Shown: positions 11,851-23,118, counted from the stretch's first letter. The stretch: 64,000 bases of DNA from Heteronotia binoei (GCF_032191835.1 NC_083235.1:15810001-15874000), one strand, 5' to 3'. Numbers and translations are program-made. The notes: generated by a model not told the origin, from the sequence alone.

Positions 11851-12924
11851 ACCTTCATATGGAGGAAGTGTCCCCTAGAACAGCTGATTTGTTCCGCTCT
11901 GTGATCCCTTCATTGATCCGAACAATATGGATCTCGTCTCGTAAACCTGTAAGAAGGAGCAAATGGGAGTCTCTCTGAGCCATCTGCTGTGTTCTCAGCG
12001 TCACCCCTTTCTTCCCTGACTGTCAGATTCCAATTTTCACAAGAATCATTTACCAGATTTGTGGTGTACCAGATTTGTGGGACAAGGACCTCCCAATCAG
12101 GTAAGTCTCAAACACTCCACTAACAGCTTGCATTCCACATATTTCAATAGCTCTCCTCCGAAACATCTAACTGCTGGCCAAACAGTTCGCAGATTCTAGA
12201 TCATTGCCTTCCGTGGAGGAAAGCCAACAGAGAATTCAACCGTACTTCAGCCAGAGTCCACCTTTGATCCCAACCTTATTCCTGCAATAGGATTCATTCT
12301 GATCATCCTTGAGCATCTTCTGGATGACCAGATGTAAGGAAGGGTCGTCCTCCTTTACCTCTGATGGACAAACAGAAGGCAAATTTTGATTGATTCAGTT
12401 TGTCACTCAGGGATGAGAAAGGCGTGAAATTCTGAAACCACCTCTGCTTCAAAGACACAAGAACAATTGTCTTCCCATGCATCTGTACTTTCTTCCATTT
12501 CTAGTTAAAACTAAGCAAAGAAAATGGTGATGGTGCCATGGATATGACCCACCGTAGCTCAGGGTATGAACCACTAGTGAGGCTGAAAACCAGTGGTGTG
12601 GGAGGGTATATGACTTGGACAAGATTGCAGGACCAGATCTACATGTTTTTTTGAGGGAGGGGCAAAATTAAAAAATGATGCCCGTTTATGGGCCCATTCT
12701 TTCTTATGGAATAGAATGGACTTCATACCCAAGTTGGCCACCCCCCCCCTCTAGTGGCGCCCTCCCTGCTCCCCCCTAGATCTGGCCCTGCTAGATTGAG
12801 AAGTGCATTTTAGTTCCTGCACAACTATGGAGTTTTCTGGGTGGCTTTGGGTAGGTCAGTGTGCCAAAAGTCATCATAGGCCAATTCAGGGGTTTTCCTC
12901 TGATCACCCCGTGGGGGTGGTAGA

Positions 12925-13098
12925 AAATGCTGTCAAGTCACAGCAGACCTATAGCAACTCTGTAAGGTTTTCAAGGCAAGAGATGTTCAGAGGTGATCTG
13001 CCATTTCCTGCATCTGTGTCACAACCCTGGTATTCCTTGGAGGTTTCCCATCCAAATATTGGCCAAGGCAAACCCTCCTTAGCTTCTGAGATCTGAGA
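12925..13098 (-). mobile_element. 5S rRNA-derived SINE (SINE3, 5S-Sauria-like)
   Basis: Reverse complement has a 5S-like head (AGATCTCAGAAGCTAAG...TTGGATGGGAAACC) joined to a BovB/Sauria-type tail; copies also at 29115, 41700, 49850. Confidence 0.65.
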
Positions 13099-13099
13099 C

Positions 13100-13234
13100 C
13101 AGGGGTGGCCAACGGTAGCTCTCCAGATGTTTTTTGCCTACAACTCCCATCAGCCCCAGCCAGCATGGCCAAGGGCTGGGACTGATGGGAGTTGTAGGCA
13201 AAAAACATCTGGAGAGCTACCGTTGGCCACCCCT
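13100..13234. mobile_element. hAT-type MITE inserted in the 5S SINE
   Basis: CAGGGGTGGCCAACGG TIRs; flanks TCTGAGAC / TCTGAGAA (7 of 8 bp TSD match). Confidence 0.75.
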
Positions 13235-13639
13235 GTCTGAGAAGATTGAACCAACCTGGGCTGTTATCCCCCAGATCCAATCCAAAAATCCTATTAAAAC
13301 TAACCACATGATTTGCTGGGCCCTATAGGCTCCCAGGGTACCAGGGACCCCAGAATTTTATCCCCCTCTTGAGTCTAACCTTTGTAACTACTCCATGCTA
13401 TCCAGAAGAGCAGTTTTGGGGTGGCAAGTTTTGCTACTGATAAGAACCACTATGATTTATTTCCTTTACAGCTAAGCTACTGGAATTTATTTTGCTCTGG
13501 ATATCACACTACCAGGGGTACTATAAGCTTCTGATAGCTGCAGTTGCTTGGATGAGTTCCAGTTATTGATTCCTGGGGAAGATGACCAGGGGTGGGAAGA
13601 CTGCAACCTACAACATGCGTGTGGAACCCTTGTTCCTTG

Positions 13640-13925
13640 GAGAGCCAGTTTGGTGTTGTGGTTAAGTGCACGGACTCTTATCTGGGAGAACCAGGTTTGA
13701 TTCCCCACTCCTCCACTTGCAGCTGCTGGAATGGCCTTGGGTTAGCTATAGCTATCGCAGGAGTTGTCCTTGAAAAGGCAGCTGGTGTGAGAGCCCTCTC
13801 GGCCCCACCTACCTCACAGGGTGTCTGTTGTGGGGGGAGAAGATAAAGGAGGTTGTAAGCCTCTCTGAGTTTCTGATTCAGAGAAAAGGGCGGGGTATAA
13901 ATCTGCAGCCTTCTTTTTCTTCTTG
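13640..13925 (+). mobile_element. Squam3-like SINE
   Basis: GAGAGCCAGTTTGGTGTTGTGGTTAAG head, full body, CTT tail. Confidence 0.75.
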
Positions 13926-14394
13926 TCTGTAAGACCCTTATTCAATCCAGTTGAGCACTGCTGGCCCCAGCCACACCTGCAATTTATGTACCACTGCACT
14001 GCAACACATGCCGTTCAGAAAGAGGATGTGAGACATCAAATACAGTCGTCAAGTTACAGCCAATTTATGGTGATTGCATAGGGTTTTCAAGGCAGGTGAT
14101 TAAGCAGAGATGGTTTGCTGTGGCCTTTTTCTGCAAAGTCTTCCTTGGTGATCTCCCATCCAGCTACCAGCTTAGCTCCAAGATTTGGCAATAATAGACC
14201 ATTTCACATCCCCAGATACAGCTGGTCTCATAAATTACAGAGTAGTGTAGAATTTACAATTTAGGGGAGATAAGATAGCAAGCTTGCAGTACTTAGCTAA
14301 CTGTAATTTACAGATTATCTCATCCATTACATTTTGAGGCTGGTTTGGGGATCTGAAACTGCGTTCATTGCCCCGGATGACACAGTGGGAGAAG

Positions 14395-15115
14395 GACATA
14401 GAATCATAGAGCTGGAAAGCACCTCCAGAGTCATCTAGTCCAACCCCTTGCACAATGCAGGAAACTCACAAATACCTCCCCCTAAATTCACAGGATCCTC
14501 ATTGCTGTCAGATGGCCATCTAGCCTCTGTTTAAAACCTCCAAGGAAGGAGAGCCCACCACCTCCTGAGGAAGCCTGTTCTGCTGAGGAACCACTCTAAC
14601 GGTCAGGAAGTTCTTCTTAATGTTCAGCCGGAAACTCTTTTGATTTAATTTCAATCCATTGGTTTTGGTTCTACCTTCTGGGGCCACAGAAAACAATTCC
14701 ACACCATCCTCTATATGACAGCCCTTCAACTACTTGAAAATGGTGATCATATCACCTCTCAGCTGCCTCCTCTACAGGCTAAACATGTCCAGCTCCTTCA
14801 ACCTTTCTTCATAGGACTTGGTCTCCAGACCCTCACCATCTTTGTTGCCCTCCTCTGGACCTGTTCCAGCTTGTCTATATCCTTCTTAACAGCAGGAACT
14901 CATTTGCATATTAGGCCACATACCCCGACACCATCATTGTTTTTCACAGGGCTTTTTTGCAGAAAATCCCAGCAGGAGCTCATTTGCATATTAGGCCACA
15001 CACCCTGATGACAAGCCAGCCGGAACTGCGTTCCTGCTCAAAAAAAGCCCTGTTTCTTAAAATGTGGTGCCCAGAACTGAACACAATACTCTAGGTGAGG
15101 TCTTACCAGAGCAAA
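14395..15115 (-). mobile_element. CR1 LINE 3' fragment interrupted by a MITE (about 14890-15055)
   Basis: ORF 14520-14729 KGCHIEDGVELFSVAPEGRTKTNGLKLNQKSFRLNIKKNFLTVRVV; TTCTATGATTCT tail. Confidence 0.85.
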
Positions 15116-15177
15116 GTGATACCATCACTTCATGAGAAGTATGATCCCGCAGGATCGCTTAGCTGCCTTCATTCCCA

Positions 15178-15445
15178 TAAGAACATAAGAGAAGCCTTGT
15201 TGGATCAGGCCAATGGCCCATCCTGTCCAAGTCTCAGTCACACAGTGACCAAAAATAACCAGGTGACATCAGGAGGTTCATCAGTGGGGCCAGGACACTA
15301 GAAGCCCTTCCACTCTTGACCTCCAAGCTCCAAGAATACAGAGCATCACTGCCCCAGATAGAGAGTTCTATCAATACAGCTCCATATTTTTTACCCAATC
15401 CCCTCTTGAAGCTGTCTATGCTTATAGCTGCCACCTCTTCCTAAA
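15178..15445 (-). mobile_element. CR1 3' end (TATGTTCT-tail subfamily)
   Basis: ATAAGAACATAAGAGAAGCC...GGATCAGGCCAATGGCCCATCC; IDSFKRGL motif. Confidence 0.75.
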
Positions 15446-16219
15446 GCAGTGAATTCCATTAACTATGTTCTCCTTCTAGACCACCTATGAGTTGGGAGAG
15501 AAGAGGTACTGAATTAAGCTAGTCTCATTTCTTGAGAAGGTGCCAGAAAATGTTGCTGGGAAGCTATAATTCCTTTCCACTCATCCACCAGGCTGTTTTG
15601 TCTCCCATGCTGCTGAATATACAGGAAGCTGACAAGTACAATTCGTCTGGGGTATGGGGAAAATTCACCATGGTGTGCTGGTGTCACTCAACTTTGTTTT
15701 GTTTTCTATCATGTGTGGAGGGTGGCTGAATGAATACTTGAGGTAACTGATGGGCTGGATGAAGGTGAACAAGCTAAAGCTCTGTCCACAAGACAGATAT
15801 TAATGGTGGGCTGTCTGTTCATTCCAAATCCTAGTTCAACACTCTAACTTAGGGGTTCCCAACATGGTACCTGTAGGCACCCAGGTGCCTGCCAAGTGTT
15901 TTTAGAAAGTGGGTGGGGGCAGATGTGGCTTTGCCCAACATGGATTCTGATTGGCCATTGGATCTTTGATTGGCTGTGCAGATTTTTAAAAATGTTGCTT
16001 TGGCAGCAGCTACCACCACAGCAGAAGGATTTTCACTGTGTGACTGAAGGTAAGCTGCAGCAGCCATTTTGTGACTCACTCTGCCTCCTGTGGCAGCCAT
16101 TTTGTGGCTGCACCCACCATGCTGTGTCAGAATTCCAAAGGTTCCAGCAGGTTGTAATCACTGCGCCTTCTCTAAACACTGCACCATCATTTCTCGTCTC
16201 TTCTTTTCACAGGTGTAAA

Positions 16220-17167
16220 ATGGCCAACACAAACCAAACAGGCATATCTGAATTTGTCCTTTTGGGCCTCTCCACCCAGCCTCAACACCAGAATCTCCTC
16301 TTCCTGCTTTTCCTTTCCTTGTACTTGTTGACTCTACTAGGGAACCTTCTGATTGTCCTGCTGATCCGTTTGGACCATCACCTCCTTCATACTCCAATGT
16401 ACTTCTTTCTCAGTCACCTCTCGCTGGCAGACTTAGGCTTTGTTTCCAGCACTGTCCCCAAGATATTGGTCAACCTGATGTCTCCCATCAAGACCATCTC
16501 TTATGGCGGGTGCTTGACCCAGATGTATTTCTTCTTAACCTTTGGCAACACTGATAGCTTCCTCCTGGCTTGCATGGCTTATGACCGCTACGTGGCCATC
16601 TGTCGCCCATTGCACTATACCACCATGATGAGCCACAAGTGCTGCCTTATTCTGGTATGTGGATCATGGATTCTTTCTGCTCTTCACTCTTTGCTCTACA
16701 CTCTTCTGACATCCCGCCTTTCTTTCTGCTCCTCTGGGGAGATCCCCTATTTCTTCTGTGATGTCTATCCTCTCCTGGAACTCTCCTGCTCCAGCACAAG
16801 AATGATAAAGACCCTGGCACAGACAGAGGGCGTGGTGGACATTCTGGGGCCCTTTGTCCTCATCATCATCTCCTACATACACATCTTCTGCACTATCATG
16901 AAGGTACCCTCTGCTGCTGGGAAGCGCAAGGCCTTCTCGACCTGCGGCTCCCATCTGACTGTAGTGGTCTTGTTCTACGGGACCATCAGCTGTCTCTATT
17001 TCCAGCCTCCCTCTGCTTACTCGGCCCAGAAGGGCACCATTACTTCTCTCTTGTACTCAGTGGTCATCCCTATGCTGAATCCATTCATTTACACCTTGAG
17101 GAACCATGACATGAAGGCGGCTATTGTGAGACTTTGGGACAAGAGCAGAAGTTTTTGGAGTAAATGA
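16220..17167 (+). CDS. OR1L-like: Olfactory receptor, class II family 1, OR1L-like (315 aa, intact; true start MANTNQTG at 16220)
   Basis: N-glycosylation site [51 protein letters not shown] (recalled OR1L1/3 signature), PMLNPFIY; acceptor TTTTCACAG at 16204-16212. Confidence 0.94.
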   Translation: MANTNQTGISEFVLLGLSTQPQHQNLLFLLFLSLYLLTLLGNLLIVLLIRLDHHLLHTPMYFFLSHLSLADLGFVSSTVPKILVNLMSPIKTISYGGCLTQMYFFLTFGNTDSFLLACMAYDRYVAICRPLHYTTMMSHKCCLILVCGSWILSALHSLLYTLLTSRLSFCSSGEIPYFFCDVYPLLELSCSSTRMIKTLAQTEGVVDILGPFVLIIISYIHIFCTIMKVPSAAGKRKAFSTCGSHLTVVVLFYGTISCLYFQPPSAYSAQKGTITSLLYSVVIPMLNPFIYTLRNHDMKAAIVRLWDKSRSFWSK

Positions 17168-17227
17168 CGAACTAGAAAAGAGAGAGCGCCATTTCCATGG
17201 ATTGTCTATCTATGAGTCATCTAACTT

Positions 17228-17557
17228 NNNNNNNNNNNNNNNNNNNNNNNNNNNNNNNNNNNNNNNNNNNNNNNNNNNNNNNNNNNNNNNNNNNNNNNNN
17301 NNNNNNNNNNNNNNNNNNNNNNNNNNNNNNNNNNNNNNNNNNNNNNNNNNNNNNNNNNNNNNNNNNNNNNNNNNNNNNNNNNNNNNNNNNNNNNNNNNNN
17401 NNNNNNNNNNNNNNNNNNNNNNNNNNNNNNNNNNNNNNNNNNNNNNNNNNNNNNNNNNNNNNNNNNNNNNNNNNNNNNNNNNNNNNNNNNNNNNNNNNNN
17501 NNNNNNNNNNNNNNNNNNNNNNNNNNNNNNNNNNNNNNNNNNNNNNNNNNNNNNNNN
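17228..17557. other. Assembly gap (N run)
   Basis: Run of N. Confidence 1.
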
Positions 17558-18069
17558 GATCTACCAGCCAGGGAAGCAGTGCACAAATGCCAGAAAAATG
17601 GGTAACATACTTTGGAATGCAGAAACAGGTACTTTTCAGCAAGATATTTAGAATCAGGGCCTTTTTTCTTTTCTTTTTAATTGAAAGTTTGTGGTCCCTT
17701 TGCAGTTGCAGTATCTGGCGGATGGTGGTGGGGTCCATGGGGGGGGGGTGTCCAGCCATTCTCCAAATACTCTTCCTCCCACCTAAGGAGGCTACCTCCA
17801 ACTTAAGTATCTCTTCTTACAACAGTCAAGCCACTAAAGTCAGTGGACGTCTCCTTTGGTTAACAACATAAGAAGAGCCCGGCTGGATGAGGTCGGTGAT
17901 CCATCCAGTCCAGCATCCTGTCTCACAGAGTGGCCAATCAGTTCCTCTGGAGAGCCAACAACAGGGAAGAGAGGCTGAGGCCTTCCCCTGATGTTGCCTC
18001 CTGGCTCTGAGACTCAGAGAAATGAGTGCCTCTGAATGTGGGGGTTCCCCTCAGCCACCATGGCTAGTA

Positions 18070-18470
18070 CATAAGGACATAAGAGAAGCCATGTTGGATC
18101 AGGCCAACGGCCCATCCAGTCCAACACTCTGTGTCACACAGTGGCAAAAATTTTTATATATACACACACACTGTGGCTAATAGCCACTGATGGACCTGTG
18201 CTCCATATTTTTATCTAAACCCTTCTTGAAGGTGGCTATACTTGTGGCCGCCACCACCTCCTGTGGCAGTGAATTCCACATGTTAATCACCCTTTGGGTG
18301 AAGAAGTACTTCCTTTTATCCGTTTTAACCTGTCTGCTCAGCAATTTCATCGAATGCCCACGAGTTCTTGTATTGTGAGAAAGGGAGAAAAGTACTTCTT
18401 TCTCTACTTTCTCCATCCCATGCATTATCTTGTAAACCTCTATCATGTCACCCCGCAGTCGACGTTTCTC
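18070..18470 (-). mobile_element. CR1 LINE 3' fragment
   Basis: ORF 18177-18473 EKRRLRGDMIEVYKIMHG...KRKYFFTQRVINMWNSLPQEVV. Confidence 0.85.
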
Positions 18471-18751
18471 CACTAAAAGACTTTAGTAGCCACTAAAAGA
18501 CTTATCCTCCACGAAACTGTTGCTAAACTATGCAAAGTGTATTGTGCATAGATACAGAAAATGACAAGAACATCATGCAGGGGGCAGCAGAAGGGATAAC
18601 TAATTAGTATTAGAGACTTCCTACTGTGGTTACCAGCCTCCAGGTGAGGCCTGGAGATCTCCCACTTTACAACTGATCTCCAGCTGGCAGAGATCAGCTC
18701 CCCTGGAGAAACTGGACACAAACAAGGTGAGAAGCACACACAGATAAGCAA

Positions 18752-19962
18752 GGCAAAAGAACAAAAACTGTGCTTAATAACGTAACCAAACAACTCTGAA
18801 AATATTCAACACTGTTCTTATTTTGTTTATTCTACAGCACAGTTGCTTTCCTTCTTAAATATTAAAGTTGCAAGCAATTGATACAACTATAATATAAATT
18901 CACAGACTCAGGTGTCAATCTTAAAACAGTAAATACAAAATTGCCATTCACATGAAGCAACAAGAGAAAATATATACACGAGAAAATTTCCACTACACTG
19001 CTAGTGTGGAGAAAAAATTGAGATGGTTGGTCCGAGTGTAAACAGGAAGTTACATGCCTGAAGGTCTGGAGAGAAAATAGCTGTGATCAAGCTCCTGGTG
19101 AAACGTGGCAACAAGAAAGCTAGCGGCCCATCTGTGGAAATTGCTGAAGGGACTGCATTCGGCCTTTCAGTTTATGAAGAGGAGTGTTTGCAACACATGG
19201 AATGTTATGGAAACCTTTGGAGACTTTTGGAAATGAATATTTAGGCTGGAGCAGAATCTTGCATATATTTTCACAAGTCGTTTCATGGGTATGGCAATTT
19301 TGTATTTACTGTTTTGAGATTGAGACTGAGTCTTTGAACTTATACTATAGTTAATTGCCTGTAACTCTAATATTTAAAAAGGAAAGCAAACTGTGTTGTA
19401 GTGTAAACAAAATAAGAACAGTGTCGAACATTTTCAGAATATTTACATTATTAAGTACAGATTTTGTTCTTTTGCCCCCTGGAGAAAATGGCCGCCTTGC
19501 AGGGCAGACTCTGTGGCATTGTAACCTGCTGAGGCTCCTCCCCTCCATAAACCCCGCCCTCTCCTGGATCTATCCCAAAGTCTCTAGATATTTTCCAGCG
19601 GGGATCTGGCAACCCTACTTCTTACTGTTTTCAAATAGTCTCCTTCCTGTCTCCTGATTGGCTCAGTTAGGGTTTTTTTTCCTTGCTGAGGTCTGTTAGT
19701 TAGTGACTTCCTCCTAGCTAATAGGATAGTTAGACTTCTTTTTTTTCCTCTTTCTTACAAAGGTTGTTTTCTTCTAAATAAACTAACTTAATTCTTTAAA
19801 CAGCTTGTGCTCCCTTTTACTGCATTTCTACACTTTTACTGCATCTCTACAGGTTACAATGCCACAGAGTCTGCCCTGAAACGTGGCCATTTTCTCCAGG
19901 GGGCAAAAGAACAAAACCTGTGCTTAATAATGTAAATATTCTGAAAATATTCAACACTGTTC
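18752..19962. repeat. Nested long inverted repeats; probable decayed non-autonomous DNA transposon(s)
   Basis: 18752-18975 is the reverse complement of 19262-19486; 19414-19530 is the reverse complement of 19850-19962. Confidence 0.75.
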
Positions 19963-19989
19963 TGCAGGATAGAATCAAGGAAGTAAAAG

Positions 19990-20273
19990 GAGAAGGAGAA
20001 GAAGAAGATGACATTGGATTTATATCTCACCCTCCACTCCAAATCTCAGAGTCTCAGAGCAGCTCACAATCTCCCTTCCTCACAACAGACACCTTGTGAG
20101 GTAGGTGGGGCTGAAAGAGCTCTCCCAGAAGCTGCCCTTTCAAAGACAACCTCTGCCAGAGCTATGGCTGACCCAAGGCCATCCCAGCAGGTGCAAATGG
20201 AGGAGTGGGGAATCAAACCCATTTCTCCCAGATAAGAGTCTGCACAGTTAACCACTACACCAAACTGGCTCTC
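19990..20273 (-). mobile_element. Squam3-like SINE (S1, hybrid copy at the outer end of the left duplication arm)
   Basis: Family match; 5' half resembles the 46087 copy, 3' half and flank resemble the 38193 copy. Confidence 0.8.
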
Positions 20274-20464
20274 AAGGAGTGGGCAGAGAGGGGTGCATAG
20301 CTCCTGTCATGAGCAAAAACCAAGAAGTGGGGACACACAGTTGTGGCACAACATAGAATTTTATTGCACTGAAATCCATGGCAAGGGGGGATGACTGGCC
20401 ATTTCCACCCTGGGGCTTGAGGATCCCCGGCATGGCATAAGCCTGAGTGGGATAAACGTCAACT

Positions 20465-20941
20465 GTGAGGTGACATGATAAAGATTTACAAGATAATGCA
20501 TGGGATAGCGAAGGTAGAGAAAGAAGTACTTTTCTCCCTTTCTCACAATATGAGAACTCGTGGCTATTCAGTGAAATTGCTGAGCAGTCAGGTTAGAACT
20601 GATATAAGGAAGTCCTTCACCCAAAGGGTGATTAACACGTGGAATTCACAGCCACAGGAGGTGGTGGCGGCTGTAAGCACAGACAGCTTCAAGAGAGGAT
20701 TGCAAAAACATATGGAGCAGAGGACCATCAGGCTATTAACCACAGCATATTGTTGGAACTCTCTATTTGGGGCAGTGATGCTGTGTATTCTGGGGGCTTG
20801 GAGGGGCACAGTGGGAGGGCTTCTAGCCCCACTGGTGGACCTCCTGATGGCACTTGGTTTTTTTCCACCATTGTGTGGCACAGAATGTTGGACTGGATGG
20901 GCTATTGTCCTGATCTAACATGGCTTCTCTTATGTTCTTAG
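20465..20941 (+). mobile_element. CR1 LINE 3' fragment
   Basis: ORF 20475-20918 IKIYKIMHGIAKVEKEVLFSLSHN...NTWNSQPQEVV; TATGTTCTTA tail. Confidence 0.85.
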
Positions 20942-21646
20942 CACTGCAAGTAGACCGAGGAAGGGCTTGCCAGGTGCAATGCTCTGCTTCAAGAGGAGGG
21001 CTGGGATGGTGGACTGAGCAGTGTGGGAGGGCAGGATAAGTCACACCCACAAGTCTCTTTGTTGACTCTCCACCTGCAAGACAGGAAAATGGAGCCATCG
21101 CCACCAGGCATGAGTGCCATGCCAGCCTCAGCCATGGATGTCTTGTCCCGACAGGGTCTTCAATGCAGCCTCATGGGAGAGGCTGACCACCCCCCCACCC
21201 CCCTTGCAGGATGGGACCAGCCAACTTGCACTCATCCATCCCATGGTGAACTGGTCCCGGATTGCTTGCAATTCATCCCCCAGCAGCAGCTGCAGTTGCA
21301 AGGGAATGAGTTAAAGAGACACCCGCCAAACTGAGCAGATGCCAGACCCCCCCACCCCGTCCAACCACAGACATGCCCTGTGCTTTGTCAAGGGTGGGAA
21401 CCAGTGAAACTACAGGATCTTAGCGTACAGCTGTGAAAATAAAAAACTGCTAAGAGACACCATATATTTTAAACAAGACAGTATAATGTAGAGGTCAGTG
21501 GTGTTCTGACCAAGCGTGCACATAGCACTTCAAATCAACAAGAGCGTGTAGCAAAAAGACATTCACAGAAGATACAGTTCAAAAACAGTCTGTCCAATCA
21601 CAAAGGAGTAACAATATTCCAGTATTTAGTTCAAAGAACTAAAGGA

Positions 21647-21713
21647 AGCCCTTCCAAAGACGTCTATTCTAGATATCAAGATGTTTCATCCGTCTTTCTT
21701 CAGTTTGGAGGCT
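21647..21713 (-). ncRNA. Type I hammerhead ribozyme motif (minus-strand copy)
   Basis: AGCCUCCAAA CUGAAGA AAGACGGAU GAAAC AUCUUGAUAUCUAGAAUAGAC GUC UUUGGAAGGGCU: complete core, GUC cleavage triplet, stem I CCAAA/UUUGG. Confidence 0.7.
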
Positions 21714-21868
21714 TATTTATCACTGCAACCCAGTCTTTACAATACAATCATAGAAGACCAACAAGGTCCAGAACATGTCTGTTGGAACCTTGAAATCTAA
21801 TAGACATGTTCTGAACCTTGTTGGTCCTCTATGAATGTATTGCAAAGATTGGGCTCCAGTGATAAATA

Positions 21869-21930
21869 AGCCTCCAAACTGAAGAAAGACGGATGAAACG
21901 ATATCTAGAACAGACGTCTTTGGAAAGGCT
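21869..21930 (+). ncRNA. Type I hammerhead ribozyme motif (plus-strand copy)
   Basis: AGCCUCCAAA CUGAAGA AAGACGGAU GAAACG AUAUCUAGAACAGA CGUC UUUGGAAAGGCU: core CUGANGA/GAAA, stem III ACG/CGU, predicted cleavage after C21918, stem I 5+5 bp with a 2-nt bulge. Confidence 0.75.
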
Positions 21931-22952
21931 TCCTTTAGTTCTTTGAACTAAATACTAGAATATTGTTACTCCTTTGTGATTGGAAGGACTGTTTTTGAAC
22001 TGTCTTTCGTGAATGTCTTTTTGCTACGCGCTCTTGTTTATTTGAAGTTCTGTGTGCAAGCTTGGTCAGAACACCACTGACCATTATACTGTCTTGTTGT
22101 TTAAAATTTATGGTGCCTCTTAGCACTTTTTTAATTTACACAGGGGTGGGAACCAGGCAAATGACAGAGCATCCCCTCACCTCCAGATCTGCAGGGAAAC
22201 TTTTGCCATGGTATATCAGGGGCCAAGGCACTATGTGACCAATGCTTCTTCTGCCCCATACCTATACTCAGTGCTGGGCTTGAGGGTAGGAGCCACTATC
22301 ATGACTCCAGCCTCAAGCAAGAGGAGTGGGGAGCAGGTTTGGGATCCTTTCCCTTGCTTACCTGTCAGCGCACAGTTGCCCCTGTGGGTCAAGCCTCCAC
22401 AGATGAAGTGCCTGTTAGGGCGAGGGTTCTGAAATGGAAAAGATCAGTCATAGAGTACAAACTTTGTGCTCCTCCTTGGGTATCAGTGCAAAGTGTTCGC
22501 CCTGTGGTGCTAAGTGCCCTCTATGTGCTTCTGCCACCACCAAAGTGCCCAAAGTTCCCCACCGCCTGTTTTAAGTCCACATGACAAGGAGCTCTGAGAC
22601 AGAATTCCGTTCTGCACACCCTAACTACTGAGTTGTGAAAAGTCCTGGGGGAAGTTTTTGTGGATGAGGGACTATGAGGGGTGGGCTTGGCTGCCCTAGG
22701 GAGGGAGGGGATTGGCTGAGCCTGTTGTCAGCATCTTGAACTGCTCCAAACCTAGTGCCTTAAAGTGGCAGGGCCTGTAAAATGGAGCTGTTCCGCTAGG
22801 CTTTCAGGTGAGGAGGTAGTAGTCTACCTCAGCTGGCCTCCCTGCCATAATTCCCATTCTGTTGGAGCATCCCTCTGACTCCATCTATGAGGCCTGAAAA
22901 GGTCCCTGTGCAATTGTTGCTGTTTTAATGTTATATTTTAATGATTTTAATT

Positions 22953-23118
22953 NNNNNNNNNNNNNNNNNNNNNNNNNNNNNNNNNNNNNNNNNNNNNNNN
23001 NNNNNNNNNNNNNNNNNNNNNNNNNNNNNNNNNNNNNNNNNNNNNNNNNNNNNNNNNNNNNNNNNNNNNNNNNNNNNNNNNNNNNNNNNNNNNNNNNNNN
23101 NNNNNNNNNNNNNNNNNN
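22953..23118. other. Assembly gap (N run)
   Basis: Run of N. Confidence 1.

Larger units (their letters stand above)
21405..22143. mobile_element. Palindromic Penelope-type insertion: two inverted arms (21431-21786 / 21796-22143) with a 13-bp TSD
   Basis: Arms about 90% reverse-complementary by eye with a 9-nt loop; GGGTGGGAACCAG at 21392-21404 and 22144-22156. Confidence 0.8.

Noticed and set aside
15896-16219. 108-aa N-terminal extension of the OR in the ORF track (423 aa)
   Set aside because: Made of MITE-like repeat sequence; a strong acceptor lies at 16212 and the N-glycosylated OR N-terminus starts at 16220.
17197-17871. Long ORFs spanning N-gaps (also 22885-23616, 55642-56227, 56960-57349)
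   Set aside because: Artefacts of translating N runs.
19085-19125. Possible mariner C-terminal remnant (IKLLVKR(W)Q) between the inverted repeats
   Set aside because: Needs a frameshift and is too short to support a call.
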